The notes under the pieces: model-generated
Seen by the model: the letters and a program-made list of their open reading frames with translations, nothing else
Told to the model about the DNA's origin: nothing
The model's database searches: none
Assembly: GCA_965178125.1 (NCBI GenBank)
Contig: OZ237736.1
Location: 806,001-870,000 of the forward strand
DNA length: 64,000 nucleotides
From: Bilabrum cf. latius
Lineage: Eukaryota
Direction of reading: 5' to 3'
Translations under genes and position numbers: made by a program
Part shown: positions 1-12,550 of the stretch, piece by piece
How the letters are laid out: every line of letters starts with the position of its first letter
Numbering within the stretch: the stretch's first letter is position 1

Positions 1-1395
1 CCCTCTGTCCGTCAGTGGAGGGACTCGAGGCGGCAGGTGGAGGAGCTCGAGAGGAGGGTCGAGGCAGCCATGGACCTGGGCGTGACCGTGGAGCAGCTGG
101 ATGTGAGGTCCAGGGACCTCACTGCAGAAGAGAAGGCGAGGAGGAGGCAGACGCCGACCGCGGTCCTGGCCCGGTCGGACCGCCTGGCGCACAGGCTCGG
201 CCTGCAGGTGATCGACGCGCTGCCGAGGGACGTGTGCACGGGAATCCTGAGGGAGATCTGCGTGGCGCTGGAACTGTCGGACCCTTACGCGGCTGCCGCG
301 GGCGTCCGCACCTTGGCGCGTGTGGTGCATGGCCTGCCTCCAGTGGAGGCGTTTCTCTCTGATGCGGTCGAAACCATCTGCGAGGCCACATACGGGCTGC
401 CTCAGTTTGATGGGGACAGGGCCAGGGGGGCCGAAGCGGGCGCACAGGGCGGCAGCGGGGCAAGTGTCCCGCCGATGCTGCGGGGAGAAGCGCTGGCTGC
501 GGTCCTGCGGCGCCTGCAGTACATGTGTGACGAGTGCAATCGGTGCGGGGAGCTGCTGCAGCTGCGGCGGCAAGTGGAGCGGGAGCTAGGCGCGAGGGAC
601 AGAGCTGCCGTGGAGCGGCTCAGTGATATGGACAGGGCCAGAGATGGAGGTGTGGCGAGTGATGGTGTGACGAGTGCGGATGGGTTCACCGATGCTGGGA
701 TCGTCAAGGCTGTGCGGGGGCTAGTCAGGCTAGAATCAGCTGCGAGCCAACACGGCGCTGTGTACGAAGCGGCAGAGGCGGCGCAGCGGGGCGACCGGAG
801 CGTGCTGAGCAGCATCGTGAGGCATTACCAGGACCTGTTTGAGGTGCCGAACCTGCAAGGAACGTTCGCCAGCATGTCTCAGCTTCGCTCTGCTGCTTCG
901 GAGCACACGGCCCTCATGGCTTCACTCCGCGTGGAGCTGGGTCTCCGCGCGGGCGCTGGGGTGGGCCCTGGGTCCGTGGTGGCGGCTGTCCGGCAGCTGA
1001 AGAAAGAGGTCGCGAGAAGCTCTGCAGCGGATGCTGGCGCTGCTGCCGGGGCTCTGTATGCCCTGGCTGGGTCTAAGAGGGCCAGGGGCGCGAGTGGGGC
1101 CGCCAGTGTTCTCCGGGGGGAGGTGCCTGGTCGTGCGCAGGGCAAGGGCACGGGCCAGGGCCAGGAGGCCGGTGCGAAGGGTGGCGTGGTTCGGTCTTCC
1201 GTGGGGGGACTTTCGGCTGCCAGGGGTGAAGATGGAGTGAGAGATGTTTAGGAGGATCGGGTGATGGACGGTGCGGGTAAGGTCGAGCACGGGGCAGCAG
1301 TGTCATCTGATGAGGCTGCTCGTCTTGGCGAGGGTGCTGCGGGCGGTGTTGTTGTGAGCACGGTGCGGGATGCAGCATCTGCTGTTACTGGGTAA
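1..1395 (+). CDS. CEP70-like centrosomal coiled-coil protein (5' end outside window)
   Basis: IVRHYQDLFEVPNLQGTFASMSQL resembles the CEP70 C-terminal motif (HFQKLFDVPSLNGVYPRMN). The frame continues through TAG 1249-1251 to TAA 1393-1395. Confidence 0.65.
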
Positions 1396-1573
1396 TGTTG
1401 TGAGTCTGGAAATCTTTGATGTTCTCTGTACAAAATGCACCATGGCAAAAATGCGCGGCGCCTAGTAGTACCGGCGGCCAGCAGTAATGCCGTGCGGAGC
1501 CGGACCGAGTGCCAAGGCAACTAGGCCACTCGCTTGCTGCAGGCTCAATCAGGCCTGATACCTACTTGCAAGT

Positions 1574-4500
1574 ATGAGTTCATAGAAGCCCAAAGACTCT
1601 CGCGCAGGCGCGGGTGCATAGGTTGCGCAAAGTAGTCGATCCAAAAAGAAGGTTGCTTCGTTTCCCGCGGCGGCTTTTGACGAACTGGCAGAGCAGCTTG
1701 CTGCTGCAGGATTGATCCGGGCAGAAATAAGATCTCGATTTAAAACGTATCGGGATGCCACGCGCGGCTCGGATGTGGTAGCTTGGCTGCTGGGCCGATA
1801 TGGAGGCCCTGGCGGTCTGTTGCGATCAAGAGGAGCAGCATGCCGCCTCGTGCTAGAGTTGATCCGGCGATCCACGCTAATTCCAGTAGGGGGAAAGATT
1901 ATTGCTTCGGCATCGGCTATTGATAGCGAAGACACAATCATGCGCCTATCAGAGAAATTCGCTCATTTCAGGAAGCAATCCGACGTGTCTTCCATCGTCT
2001 CTGGCGGGTTGGGAGCTCACTCTGCGGCTTCCATGGATGACTCCATTGATTCTTATGGAAATCAGCTCGGCGTTGCGGTGAGCCCAAGCGAGCTTGAGCA
2101 GATTCGTGTCCCAGGCGGCGATGGTTTAACGAAATCAGAACGCAGGAAATCTGGCACCTCTGACATTGGTTTGCCGCTACCGAGTGCATCTCCCAAGTCA
2201 ATTCTGGACGGTACCGATACTGGAGACTCTCCAAATGCGGCTCCCCCCGAACTGGCATCGCAACAGAAGGGAGTTGGTCGCGGTGCATCCCGCAGCTTTG
2301 TAGGTGGAGGCGACAGCTCTGTTGCAAGATTTCTCTTCGAAAAGCAGGCTGTGAAGACGACCCCATCAAGTATGAAACAAGCTGCGATCGGCAGACGCCA
2401 GCGCAGCAGCGGAGCTGTGGAATCTGGATCCGCTCTCCGAGGAGGGGTATCTGGCGAGCGTGCTCGCTTTACCAGCACCGGTGATTTCCAGCCCGGCATG
2501 CTCCGAGTCGCATCGCATGAAGGGGCGATCGGGCGAGCACCTTCTGCGTCGTTTGCAGCGCCTGGTTAGCAGCGTGGCCTCTCCGCAGGAGACTCGCCTC
2601 TGGCAGGCAGGTCTCGAAGCCAGGCTGCTCTCGCACAGATGGCGCTGGCAGGTGCTCGCGACGCTGGCGCAGGCGGCTCGATCACTCCGAACAGCGCCCC
2701 CATCGACCTCACGGATCCAGAGGAGCAGAAGACACAGCCCTAGTTGGACCCAAGGCCGGTTCCATCCGCAAGCACGGCCGCGGCAGCAGAGGGACACGGG
2801 CAGTCACCCGGCCCGGTGGGTCCCGCCGATGTCGCCGTCGGAGCACACGCGAGCGCACTGGCCGCTGCCGATCTGATCGACTCTGTGTCAGTGAGGGTAG
2901 TCGCGGCCGAGACCGTGGGCCCTCAGGGCTAGCCCGCTCCCGCCTCCTCCCCCTCCTCCTCCTCCCCATTCTCTCTCTTCGGGGGTCCCAAGCAGCACAC
3001 GGTCTACGTGGTCAGGGTGACGGTGGGGCTCAGAGAGTGGGACGTGAGGCGCAGGTACTCGGCATTCAGGCAGCTGCTCGCAGCCGTGGCCGAGAAGATG
3101 GGCCAGGGAACAGTGGACCGGCTGCTGCCGCCCTTCCCTCTCAGGACCGTCCTCACGCCAGCCATGGACCCATCCGTTGTGCAAGAGAGAAGGACGGCGC
3201 TAGACGCATGGCTCGCTGGGCTGGTGCGACTGCCCGCCGCGTGGGCCGTTGGGACGTTGGCACGTTTCTTGGACGATGGGTCTGGTGTTCTCAAGATGTA
3301 GACGGAGCTTCTCGTGAGTCGTTTAAGCCGCACCCGACTCCGATGATCCGCATGATCCGCATGGCCTGCTCGCCCTGTCTTGTTGTTCCATTTGTTGCGC
3401 CGCCCAGCTCAGGACATCCACACCTGCTGCACCCTTTCGCGTATTGTTCTATGCACCTTCCTCGCTATCGCAGAGTATGCGCAGAGCGCAGGCAATTCTG
3501 TTGTAGCGGGCCTCCGCAAAAGACGACGAGATCCGCCGTCTGCGAGCCGACGTGCAGCGGCTTCAGGGTCCCAAAGCCGGTGGCCCTGGCCAGTCTCAGT
3601 CGGCACAGAAGCGACGAATGACCGGTTCAGCTGACCGTAGCGCGCTTCGGACGCGCAGGAGGCTTTCAGACCACTCCAGTGTGGCGTCGAAGGGCAGCGT
3701 GCGGAGCAGAGGCAGCAGCCGGAGCGGTCGGCTCGGTAGGTTCAGGGCAGGCTCTAGCAGCTCAGCGTACTCGACTCGGACGGCAGAGAGCCAGGCGGTC
3801 TGGCCGGCGTCGTTCTACCGACCTTCTGGCGTGTCCGACCTAGACCCGTACTTTGAGGCTTCGTCGGCTGACATGAGACACCTGAGCGTCGACGCGAGCA
3901 TGGGAGCCACCGCCCTCTTCAAGATGCAGCTGGGCGAGAGGGTGCCCAAGCTGCCGGCACCCGAGGGGTTGCCCGCTCCCCACAGCGGCGGGGCAGGGAG
4001 TACTCGAGGTAGCCAGGGCCCAGGGCTACCCCTCGAGGACGACCCCCGATTCGTCGCTCTGGGCGGGGAGGGCTGGTGGGACGATTGGCTCTTCAAGCCC
4101 GGCATGTTCCAGATGCCCAAGAGCGCCAGGACTCCCGCGAGGCTCAGACTAGGGAAAATTCCGGCGGCTAGCCAGCTGGGTGGAGCTGCTAACGACAAAT
4201 CCGCAGACGCTGCTGCTGCTGCACCCGAGGACGCAGCCTAGCCAGCAGTACCTCGTGGGCTGCGGGAAGGCAGCGTCTCGTTCAGCGAGCTGTCCTCTGC
4301 TTTCGAAGCCATTCAAGCCGCTGCTGTTCGAATTTGGGCGGATCGGTGCGAGCTGTCTGCGGAGGAAGGTTTCAAGAAGCTGCAAGAACTCATGAAGATG
4401 CCCTCGGCCGACACGGGCGAGACCGGGTCAGACGCAGACAGGGCGGACAGCGACAGCAGGGGCAGGCGGGACTCCGATGCAGACTCCATGTCTTCGTCGA

Positions 4501-7500
4501 TGACGGCGCAGCAGAGAAAGGCAAAGTTCACAACGGCCGAGGTCATGCGATAGCTCGCCGCCGACCGAGCAGCACTCTCCCATGCCCTGAAAGAAATGCC
4601 CGACGCGGACACTCCCAGCGGCGACCTCGAATCGGACGAGCCGGCAGAGCAGTACTCTGGCGTCCTGGAAATCCCCCTCAAGCACATCGCTCTTGCGGCG
4701 CAGGCCATGTCAGCGCCACCAGTCATCGACGGGCAGGCACAGCCGGCCAAACGAGCCCTCTTCCCGTCTCCCGAGGCCATCACCTACGCCCTGGCCGTTC
4801 TGCACGCGGACGGTGGCGGCGAGCTGGGTGCCTCACCGGACGACACTGATGCCACCACCGCGCCCCAGGCGACCGGCTGCGACTGCCTGGCGGCGGTTAC
4901 AACGGAGATGGACAGGCTGCTGCTGGGCCTTTGCCCCACGGGCGAGTCAGTGGCCAAGAGGTAGGCCGTGGTGAGACTGACAGGACGCGCGCTGCGCGTG
5001 AGCGTGTCTCCAGTCGCCGAGGCAACCATCACTGGCAGCACGGCCAGCAGGGCGTTCCTGCCGAGCGGTGACGTGGACATCACGGCCCTTTTCGCGGCGC
5101 AGGCCATGGAGCACGAAAGCCCTCGCGCAGCGCCGGGGGGTTCCGCAGCGAACCTTCGCAAGCGGGCTGCTGCAGCGATGGCGCACTCGATGCAGGCGGT
5201 GGATGAGGTGGCCCTGGCTCCCAGCGTGGATGGGCCGATGGGCCGCGAGTTTCCCGTGAACCTGCCCCTTGACTCCCTCGGGGCACTGGGCAATGCCACC
5301 GTCGCTAGGGCAAAGCGCTTCGCCGAATCGCAGGCGATGCTCTCCCACGGAAGCGGTCAGGACAAGGGAGGGCCGCATTCGAAGGGGGGCGGCGGTCACG
5401 ATGGCAGCGGGAGCTAGAAGCGGAAGAAGAGGTCGAACAGACGGAAAGGTATGGCGGCGATCGCTGCCGCTGGCGGTGCACCCTCTGAGGGCGGCGAGGC
5501 AGACGGCACGAATAAGAATAAGAAGTCCTTAATGGGAGAGGCTTCGGGAACTACCGTAGACCCGAAGTCCACGGCCGATGGGCCTGCGCTGCAGGAACCA
5601 TCTGCGATCGAGTACGATGGGCCGTGGTACCTCCGCTTGCAGCGGTTGCTGTGCCTTGCCGCAGCCAGGTCAAGAAACCCCACAACTGCGCCCAGCGATG
5701 CACTTCTGGCTGCTCTGCGAGGCGTGGGCTTTGATGCGCTCTTGCTGCAGGGGGCCCACCTTCCCGGTGCCGTGCAGGTTGCCCAGCAGTACCGACAGGA
5801 GCTCGTGGACATCGCGAACGGGCATGCTCTTACCAGTTCCCTTGCTATCGAAGGTGCCGCGGTGCACGCCCGGGGCAGCGAGCAGACTGAGAGCAAACAG
5901 AGAGCGGAGCAAGAACTCCTCCGGCTGATGCTGCAGGCAGGTGTGAGGCCCCAGAGCAGCCCCTCCCACCCATTCCTGAGACCATCGCGCGTTGGATCCC
6001 TGGTGGACAGGGTGCAGTTCGTGAATGCAGATCCGAGGCTCGTGCGGTTCAACAGCGGGCCCTTCGAGGTGGACGTGTCGGCGAACGCCGGGCCGGCCAT
6101 TGCAGCCACCTGCCTCGTAGAGCTATGCGACCGGTGGTTCGGCTGCGGACACATGCTGAAGCGAACGTTCATTCTGCTGAAGGCATGGGCGAGCCTGGAC
6201 GGTGGTCGCGCTGCCTCGGCACTGGGGCACGGGGCGGCTGCTGCCACTGGGTCCCGGAAGGGAAGGGGAGTGCCCAACGCTCAGCGGGCGCAGGCAGAGG
6301 CTGGTGGCTCTGCGCCAGAGCGCACGCTGCTGGGGGCGTCTTCAGGCGGAGTGTCCTCGTACGCCCTCTTCGTCCTGCTGCTGGGCGCGCTCAACGGCTC
6401 GACCACAGTGCCTAGAAGTAGGTCTCGCTCTGCTAGCAGCGACACCTCGGCCGAACCCATCGAGGTCATGGACGTCCCGCAGCACCCCCTCCAGGCCCTC
6501 GCCATGTTCTTCAGGTACTACGACGGCATGACCTGGGAGAGCTGCGTGGTCGGATTCGATGGCGCGAAGAATTTCTACTCGAGGGAGCGCTGGCACGGAA
6601 ATGGAATCGCCTCCTCGCAGCCTACCCGCATCACCGCTCTCATGCTGCGGCCACTGCGGGAGGCCGCTCTGGGCTGCGTGGGCAGGCCTAAGTTCCTGTC
6701 CAAGCTGGATTTCGACATGAGGGAGTGCAACGTGGCTGACCCCCTCCGCCCCTGGGAGAACATCTCGAGGGGCGTGAACACGGCCGGGCTCGATTCCCTG
6801 CGGCGGGCGATCCGACGGGCGCGCGGGGCGCTCTCCTTGGTGCTTTCGCGGGCCTGCCTTGCGTCTCGCATGGAGCTGCCGGCCCCCGATGCGGCAGGGG
6901 AGACTGCGGGTGCATCGTCCAAGCAGAAGTCTCTGAAGGAGGCCGGCGAGAGGAAGGCAAAGGAGGTGCGTGACAAGGTGACCCGAGTGATGCCGGAGCA
7001 CGAGCTGAGCGCAACCCGTGCCGAGGTCAGGGGCATGAGCGCCCCGCTGTGGTGCGCCATGGTGGGCATGCGGAGGCTGCTTTCCAGATGCTACGACCTC
7101 TACGGCAGGGGAGACGGTTGGAGGGAGGACGCACAGAAGCACATTCGTGCGGTGCACGAGGGCGTCACGGCCAGGTCGCTGCCGGCACAGGGGTACGCCG
7201 CTCGCAACACGGCTAGCATGGTGTCGACCGCACACATGTCCATGGTGACCAGGGCCGAGTCGGCAGCGGAGCGAGCAGCTGCCGCCGGCGAGCGTGCCCT
7301 GGCCGTGGTGGAGCGCGCGCGAGGGTCGGGCCTCCGAGACCGCGTGCTGGTGCGCATGTCGGCAGTCGCCGCGGCCGCCGTCGCCCACGCAGACGCTGCG
7401 CAGGACGCCAGCGATGCTGCCCAGGTGCTGGCGCCATCTGCGGGGCCGGACCAGAGCCTTAGGCTGGCTAGGCTGGCCAACCAGCATGGGATGCTGGACC

Positions 7501-9893
7501 CCAGCACGGAGTAGGGTGACGGTGGGGCGGGCCAGGACGTGTCATCGGCGAGGGCGGGGGGCTCTGAAGGAGGGGCCGAGGGTGCTGCCTGGGAGCGGCA
7601 GTGCGGTGCAGCCAGGTTCTTGTGCCGAAGCAAAGGGGCACCCCAGGCACCAGACGCCGCGGCTGCCGCCCACGCCCAGATCGCCGAGCGGCTGACTGAC
7701 CTGTGCGACCAGATGCTGGCTATGGAGGACACCAAGGTCAGGCTGGCGGCAGAGCCGCAGCGCAGGCTGCAGGGCACGATCGAGTCGAGGATCGCCTTCG
7801 ATGCCACTGCAACTGCTTCCCCCATGCCGGAGCTGCAGGGATTCGAGCACACGGGCGTCGGCGCCACGCTCGGCACCGCGTCCATTCCGCCGACCCAGTG
7901 GATGGCGCAGGTGGCACGCCCGGGGCTGGTTCCTCCCGCGCCCATCCTGGACGGAGACTTCGAGCCTCCCCCGCCCACGGCCTGCCTGGATCCCCTCAGG
8001 GGAGACCTCCTTGCGATGATGCGCTCCGTGTAGCGCGCCGCACTGCTCTGCGGGCTCAGGGCGGAGGAGGACTGCCCGCTGCCTGGGTTCGTGCTGGGGC
8101 GGGGGGAAAACGGCGAGGACACGCGCGGTGACAGGTCTGCTTCTAGCTCTGGCGCTGGCGCTGGCGCTGGGGGAGACCCGGGTGCTGGTGGGGGCAGCAA
8201 GGGCAGGAAGGGCAGCGGGTCTGGACGCGAAGACAGCGTGGGTGCACTGCACGGCGGTGGCGGTGGCGGTGGCGGTCGCAGGCGCAGTCGGGGCGGCAGC
8301 CGATCCTCAGCGCCAGGAAGCGGCAAGCGAGCCACAGTCGGCACAGCAGCCATCACTGCCGCGGCTCTGGTGGAGGAAGCGCGGGCGGCTCTGGGGGCGG
8401 TGGCCCCCACAGAGGTGTCCAGCCCTCTCTACGGCCTGTCCCAGGTGGCGTGGATCGCGCTGTCGCTACCGTCACACGCCAGGTTCGGTGCTGTGCCGAC
8501 TGCACAGCAGCAGCTCGCAGAGGATCGGAGCCTGATGGGCCCGCTGGCGCCGAGACACGTGCTTGTGGACGTGGCGGCAGTGAGATCCATCCCGGTGGGG
8601 GAGGTGGGCAAAGGCGTGTCTGCCCGGGTGCAGAGGGTGGACATACCGGCGCGAGTCAAGGAGGCGTTCGACGGGCTGAAACGGGTGGTGGAGCTGAGGC
8701 CGTGGGCATTCACCGTCGCTCGGACCCACCCCTTCAACCCAGTAGTCACCCTTGCGGAACTTGGCGCCACGCATGCGATGGGAAGTGTTCATGGGCACGG
8801 GCACGGGAAAGGTCTCAGCTCGGTCGCGTCCGTGCCGCGCGGATTGCAGGTCCCGCCGCCCCTCCCAGGGGCAGCAGGCAGGCACAGCAGGGACGTGGAC
8901 GGTGCCAGCGTGGTGCATTCCTTCGATAGTGGTATGGGCATGGGGTCCGCCCCTGGCGGGCCGAGGATGGGCACCCCCGTGCTCCCCCCGGGGTCGCCGG
9001 GGAGCGGACCCCTGGATGGGGTCGGCAGCAGGGGGCAACGCGGGGGTAGCAAGAGCAGCCGCCGCCGTGGGAGCAAGCGACGCAATGGAGGCGGACAGGG
9101 GAGCCCCAAGCTGGGGCCAGACGGCAACCCCCACGGGGGGTCGGCCAGGGGAATTCACCCGAGAGGTGTGGGCGGGGCATCCTCGTCAGTGGACGGCATG
9201 CCCCCTGTGGTGTCTCTCGGTGTGTCTGCAATCGGGGCATCGGGCCGTGGTAGAGGCAGAGGCCGCGGCAGGGGCCGAGGCCGGGGCAGAGGGTACGACC
9301 ACAGCCACGGGCAAGGTCACGGCCAAGGCACAGTGCCAATGACAGGGCACATGGGCGGAGCGGGCGCGCCTCCTGGGGCCTAGCAGCATCACCATGCAAT
9401 GCAGCAGATGCACGCCTACCAGCACGCGCAGGCACAGGCTTATGCCCAGGCTCAAGCGGCCGCCGCGTCAAGCGCGGCAATGCAGCACCATGCAATGCAT
9501 CCGCCTCCGCAGGCTCCGGGCATGCCCATGTATTCCAGCATGGCGGGACACGGCTCGCCCATGATGGGCAGCCTACCGCCGCAGATGATGCAGGGCCAGC
9601 ACCAGCCACCGCTTCCGACAACTAATGGAGCACTGCCTCAGATGGGTGCTCCCTACTAGGGAGGAGGGCCCGGACTTGGTGGCGCCCCGCGCACCGGAGG
9701 GCATACCATCCAGATGTCGACGTCCGTGCCGACGTTTCGGCCAACAATTGATGCTTCGTCGGGGCGTGCAGGTGCAGCAATGCAATCATCTCCGCTACGG
9801 ACGGCCGCGGCTGTCCCTGGAGACGGAAGCTCAGCTGGAACAGCGGCAGTTGGACCCTCGAGCAGTGCTCGCCAAGACTCTGAGGAGCCCTGA
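1574..9893 (+). CDS. DEP + PX domain protein fused to a non-canonical poly(A) polymerase / terminal nucleotidyltransferase (PAP2/TRF4-like NTase + PAP/OAS1 substrate-binding domain); one intron ~3314-3473
   Basis: DEP: RSRFKTYRDATRGSDVVAWLL. PX: HTVYVVRV..WDVRRRYSAFRQL..LPPFP..ERRTALDAWL. NTase: GSTASRAFLPSGDVDIT, VDVSAN, KRTFILLKAW, GGVSSYAL, VADPLRPWENISRGV. Intron gtgagt(3314)..tcgcag(3473) joins the frames in phase 0. About 15 in-frame TAGs and no TAA/TGA until TGA 9891-9893. Confidence 0.75.
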
Positions 9894-10146
9894 GCACGAT
9901 TTTGGAAGACGGACATTGAAGTTTGCTTGCTCATGACACTGATTTATTTCTCATATTCTCTTCTTCGACTATTTTTGCGATTGATTGATTCATGACGGTA
10001 CTAGCTAGCTTTCGACATAGCGAGAGCGGGATCTGCAGCTCCGATCGATTTTTTGCATCCTCTCCCAATCCGATCGTGAGGCATAGTCGGCTCGACGTAC
10101 AGGCAGTTCATACTATCCACGTACCATCAAGAAGAGCATCGTCAAA

Positions 10147-12150
10147 ATGGCGGCCGTTGCCACAGCCTCAGATTCTACAAGCCATGCTGCATACAGGAGG
10201 TTCATGACTCTCCCTGTTCCGGGCACCAAGTGCCAGGTAAGCCAGCCAAACGACCATCGAGACATGTCTTTGAATGGAGATACACCTCTCTTTCGCACTG
10301 CTGTCCACGGTTTTCGCTGCACAGGCAGAATACGTTTGGATCGGAGGAACTGGTCAAGACCTTCGGTGAGTTCACCGCATACAGTCAATCCATGCTCTGA
10401 GGATGGCGGTTTTGTTGCGGGTCGGCCTTGTTGCCCTCCGCCGCATCATTGCGCTTTTCTCGGGATGAAGTGCTCATGTGGAAGAGACACTTCGGCTGGC
10501 CCACTATATCACTATCATTGATATTATAAGAGCTGATTTTGAGTCTATGGAAGGTGTCGATGTTTGCTGCGACTGAGCTGCTTTGTGTCGTGCCTTCCGG
10601 GGTTGATGACGGGAAGGTTCTGAGTTACGGCAGCTTCCCTTTTAGATAGAAGAGCGGTGTATCTGATACCACGTTCCAAATGGAGCACATGCGAAGATCA
10701 ACAGCCTGCTGCGCTCCCATTTGAGCTCACGGTGCCCCTTCCAACCCACAGCCCTAGCCCCCCCCGCCGCGTTTCTCACGCCGCAGTTGCAAGACCAGGA
10801 CGTTTGAGAAGGTACCCACGGATGTCTCTGAGCTTCCCATTTGGAACTTTGACGGCTCGTCAACCGGGCAGGCCCCAGGCGACGACAGCGAAGTGTTGCT
10901 TCAGTGAGCATGAGAAATCGCCGCCGCCCCAAGTGCAACTGCCGTGGTCATCGGGTCAGAGTCCCGCTGTCCTCCACCTCGACCAGCTCACACCATGTCC
11001 TCGATGCATGCACAATGAAATCCATGTATTAGTCTTGATTGCCCGCGATTCATGCCCTGCGTGCCCCTGGATCACACCGAACACGTCCTTCTCATTCGGT
11101 TGCATGCCTCGCGCCCCTTCGCCCCTTCTCCCATCGCAGGCCCGTGCGCATGGTTCCCGACCCCTTCCGCGGCGCCCCGCACATCCTCGTGCTGTGCGAA
11201 TGCCTCAGCAAGGACATGGAGCCCCTCAAGGGAAACACTCGCCGCGCCGCGCTCGAGACCTTCGCCAAGGATGAGGCGGCCAAGCCCTGGTTCGGCATCG
11301 AGCAGGAGTACACATTGTTCGAGGCGGACGGCGTCACTCCCCTAGGGTGGCCCTCTGGAGGATTCCCTGCCCCCCAGGGACCTTACTATTGCGGCGTGAG
11401 TTGGGTTTTCGATCGGCGAGGCCGCGACATGGCGCGTTTTTGGTTGCTCGGTGGAATGCCCCAACCCACTCGTGTGTTGCCCTCGGTGGCTGTCTTGCTG
11501 CCACCCCCCATTGAGCTTTGGCCGAATAATTTGCCCTCTAGTTCTCTCTTTTTTGATTCATGCTGTCGCAGGTGAACACCCAGGTGGGTCGATTGCTCGT
11601 CGAATCGCACTACAGGGCGTGCCTCTACTGCGGCATCAACATCTCGGGCGTGAACGCAGAGGTGATGCTGGGCCAGTGGGAGTACCAGATCGGGCCTTGC
11701 ACCGGGATTGAATCCGGGGACCACATGATCCTCAGCCGATTCTTGTTGCTTCGGATCGCCGAGGAGTTCGGCGTGAAGGTTTCGTTCGACCCCAAGCCCA
11801 TGCGCGGGGACTGGAACGGCGCGGGCTGCCACACCAACTACTCGACCATCAAAATGCGCGAGGAGGGCGGGTACGATGAGATCGTCAAGGCCGTGGAGAA
11901 GCTCGGCACCAAGCACGCGGAGCACATCAAGGCGTACGGGGAGGGCAACGAGCTGCGACTGACGGGGGCACACGAGACGGCTTCGATCGAGAAGTTTTCC
12001 TACGGCGTGGCGGACCGGGGGTCCAGCGTGCGGATCCCTCGGCAGGTGTTTATCGACAAGAAGGGCTACTTCGAGGACCGCCGCCCCGCGTCCAACATGG
12101 ACCCTTACTTGGTGACCTCCATGATCTTCCAGACGACTCACCTGGACTGA
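10147..12150 (+). CDS. GLN1: Glutamine synthetase type II, 5 exons (10147-10236, 10325-10365, 10787-10903, 11140-11395, 11572-12150)
   Basis: Motifs [77 protein letters not shown]. Four GT..GCAG introns restore the frame. Ends at TGA; no in-frame TAG. Confidence 0.95.
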
Positions 12151-12550
12151 GTGAGGTGTGGGACGGGGTGGTGAAGCGGGCCGACCGTGCTAGCTCTATA
12201 GAAGCAAGGACTAGCACGCGCAGTCTAAATTTCTTTTGAGTCGTTAGGTTTGTGTGTGTGTACCTGCTGCCTGGTTGGAGTCGGCGGTTGGGCATCTGCG
12301 TGTTGGCTGTGATGAGAACAGCTGCCAGTCTTGGGGAGTTCCTTCGCTGAGCGAACTAGCGATGGCCATGATGAGCGCATAGCTGCTTGGTGCCTTGCGA
12401 GTTGCCACGGCGACTTCGAGTTTGTCGAGGCCTTGTTGCGTCGATTGATTATTCAGCCAGGGGGTTCCTCTTTCATGTGTATTTGATCTATCGTGGCACT
12501 GGCACATTCGAATAGCTGCACGGCTTGAGGTACGCGCAAGAACCATCGCA

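Noticed and set aside
5414-9621. Long antisense and alternate-frame ORFs (e.g. 6342-7487, 7100-8410 minus)
   Set aside because: These are shadow ORFs typical of GC-rich coding DNA; they have no motifs and overlap a well-supported plus-strand gene.
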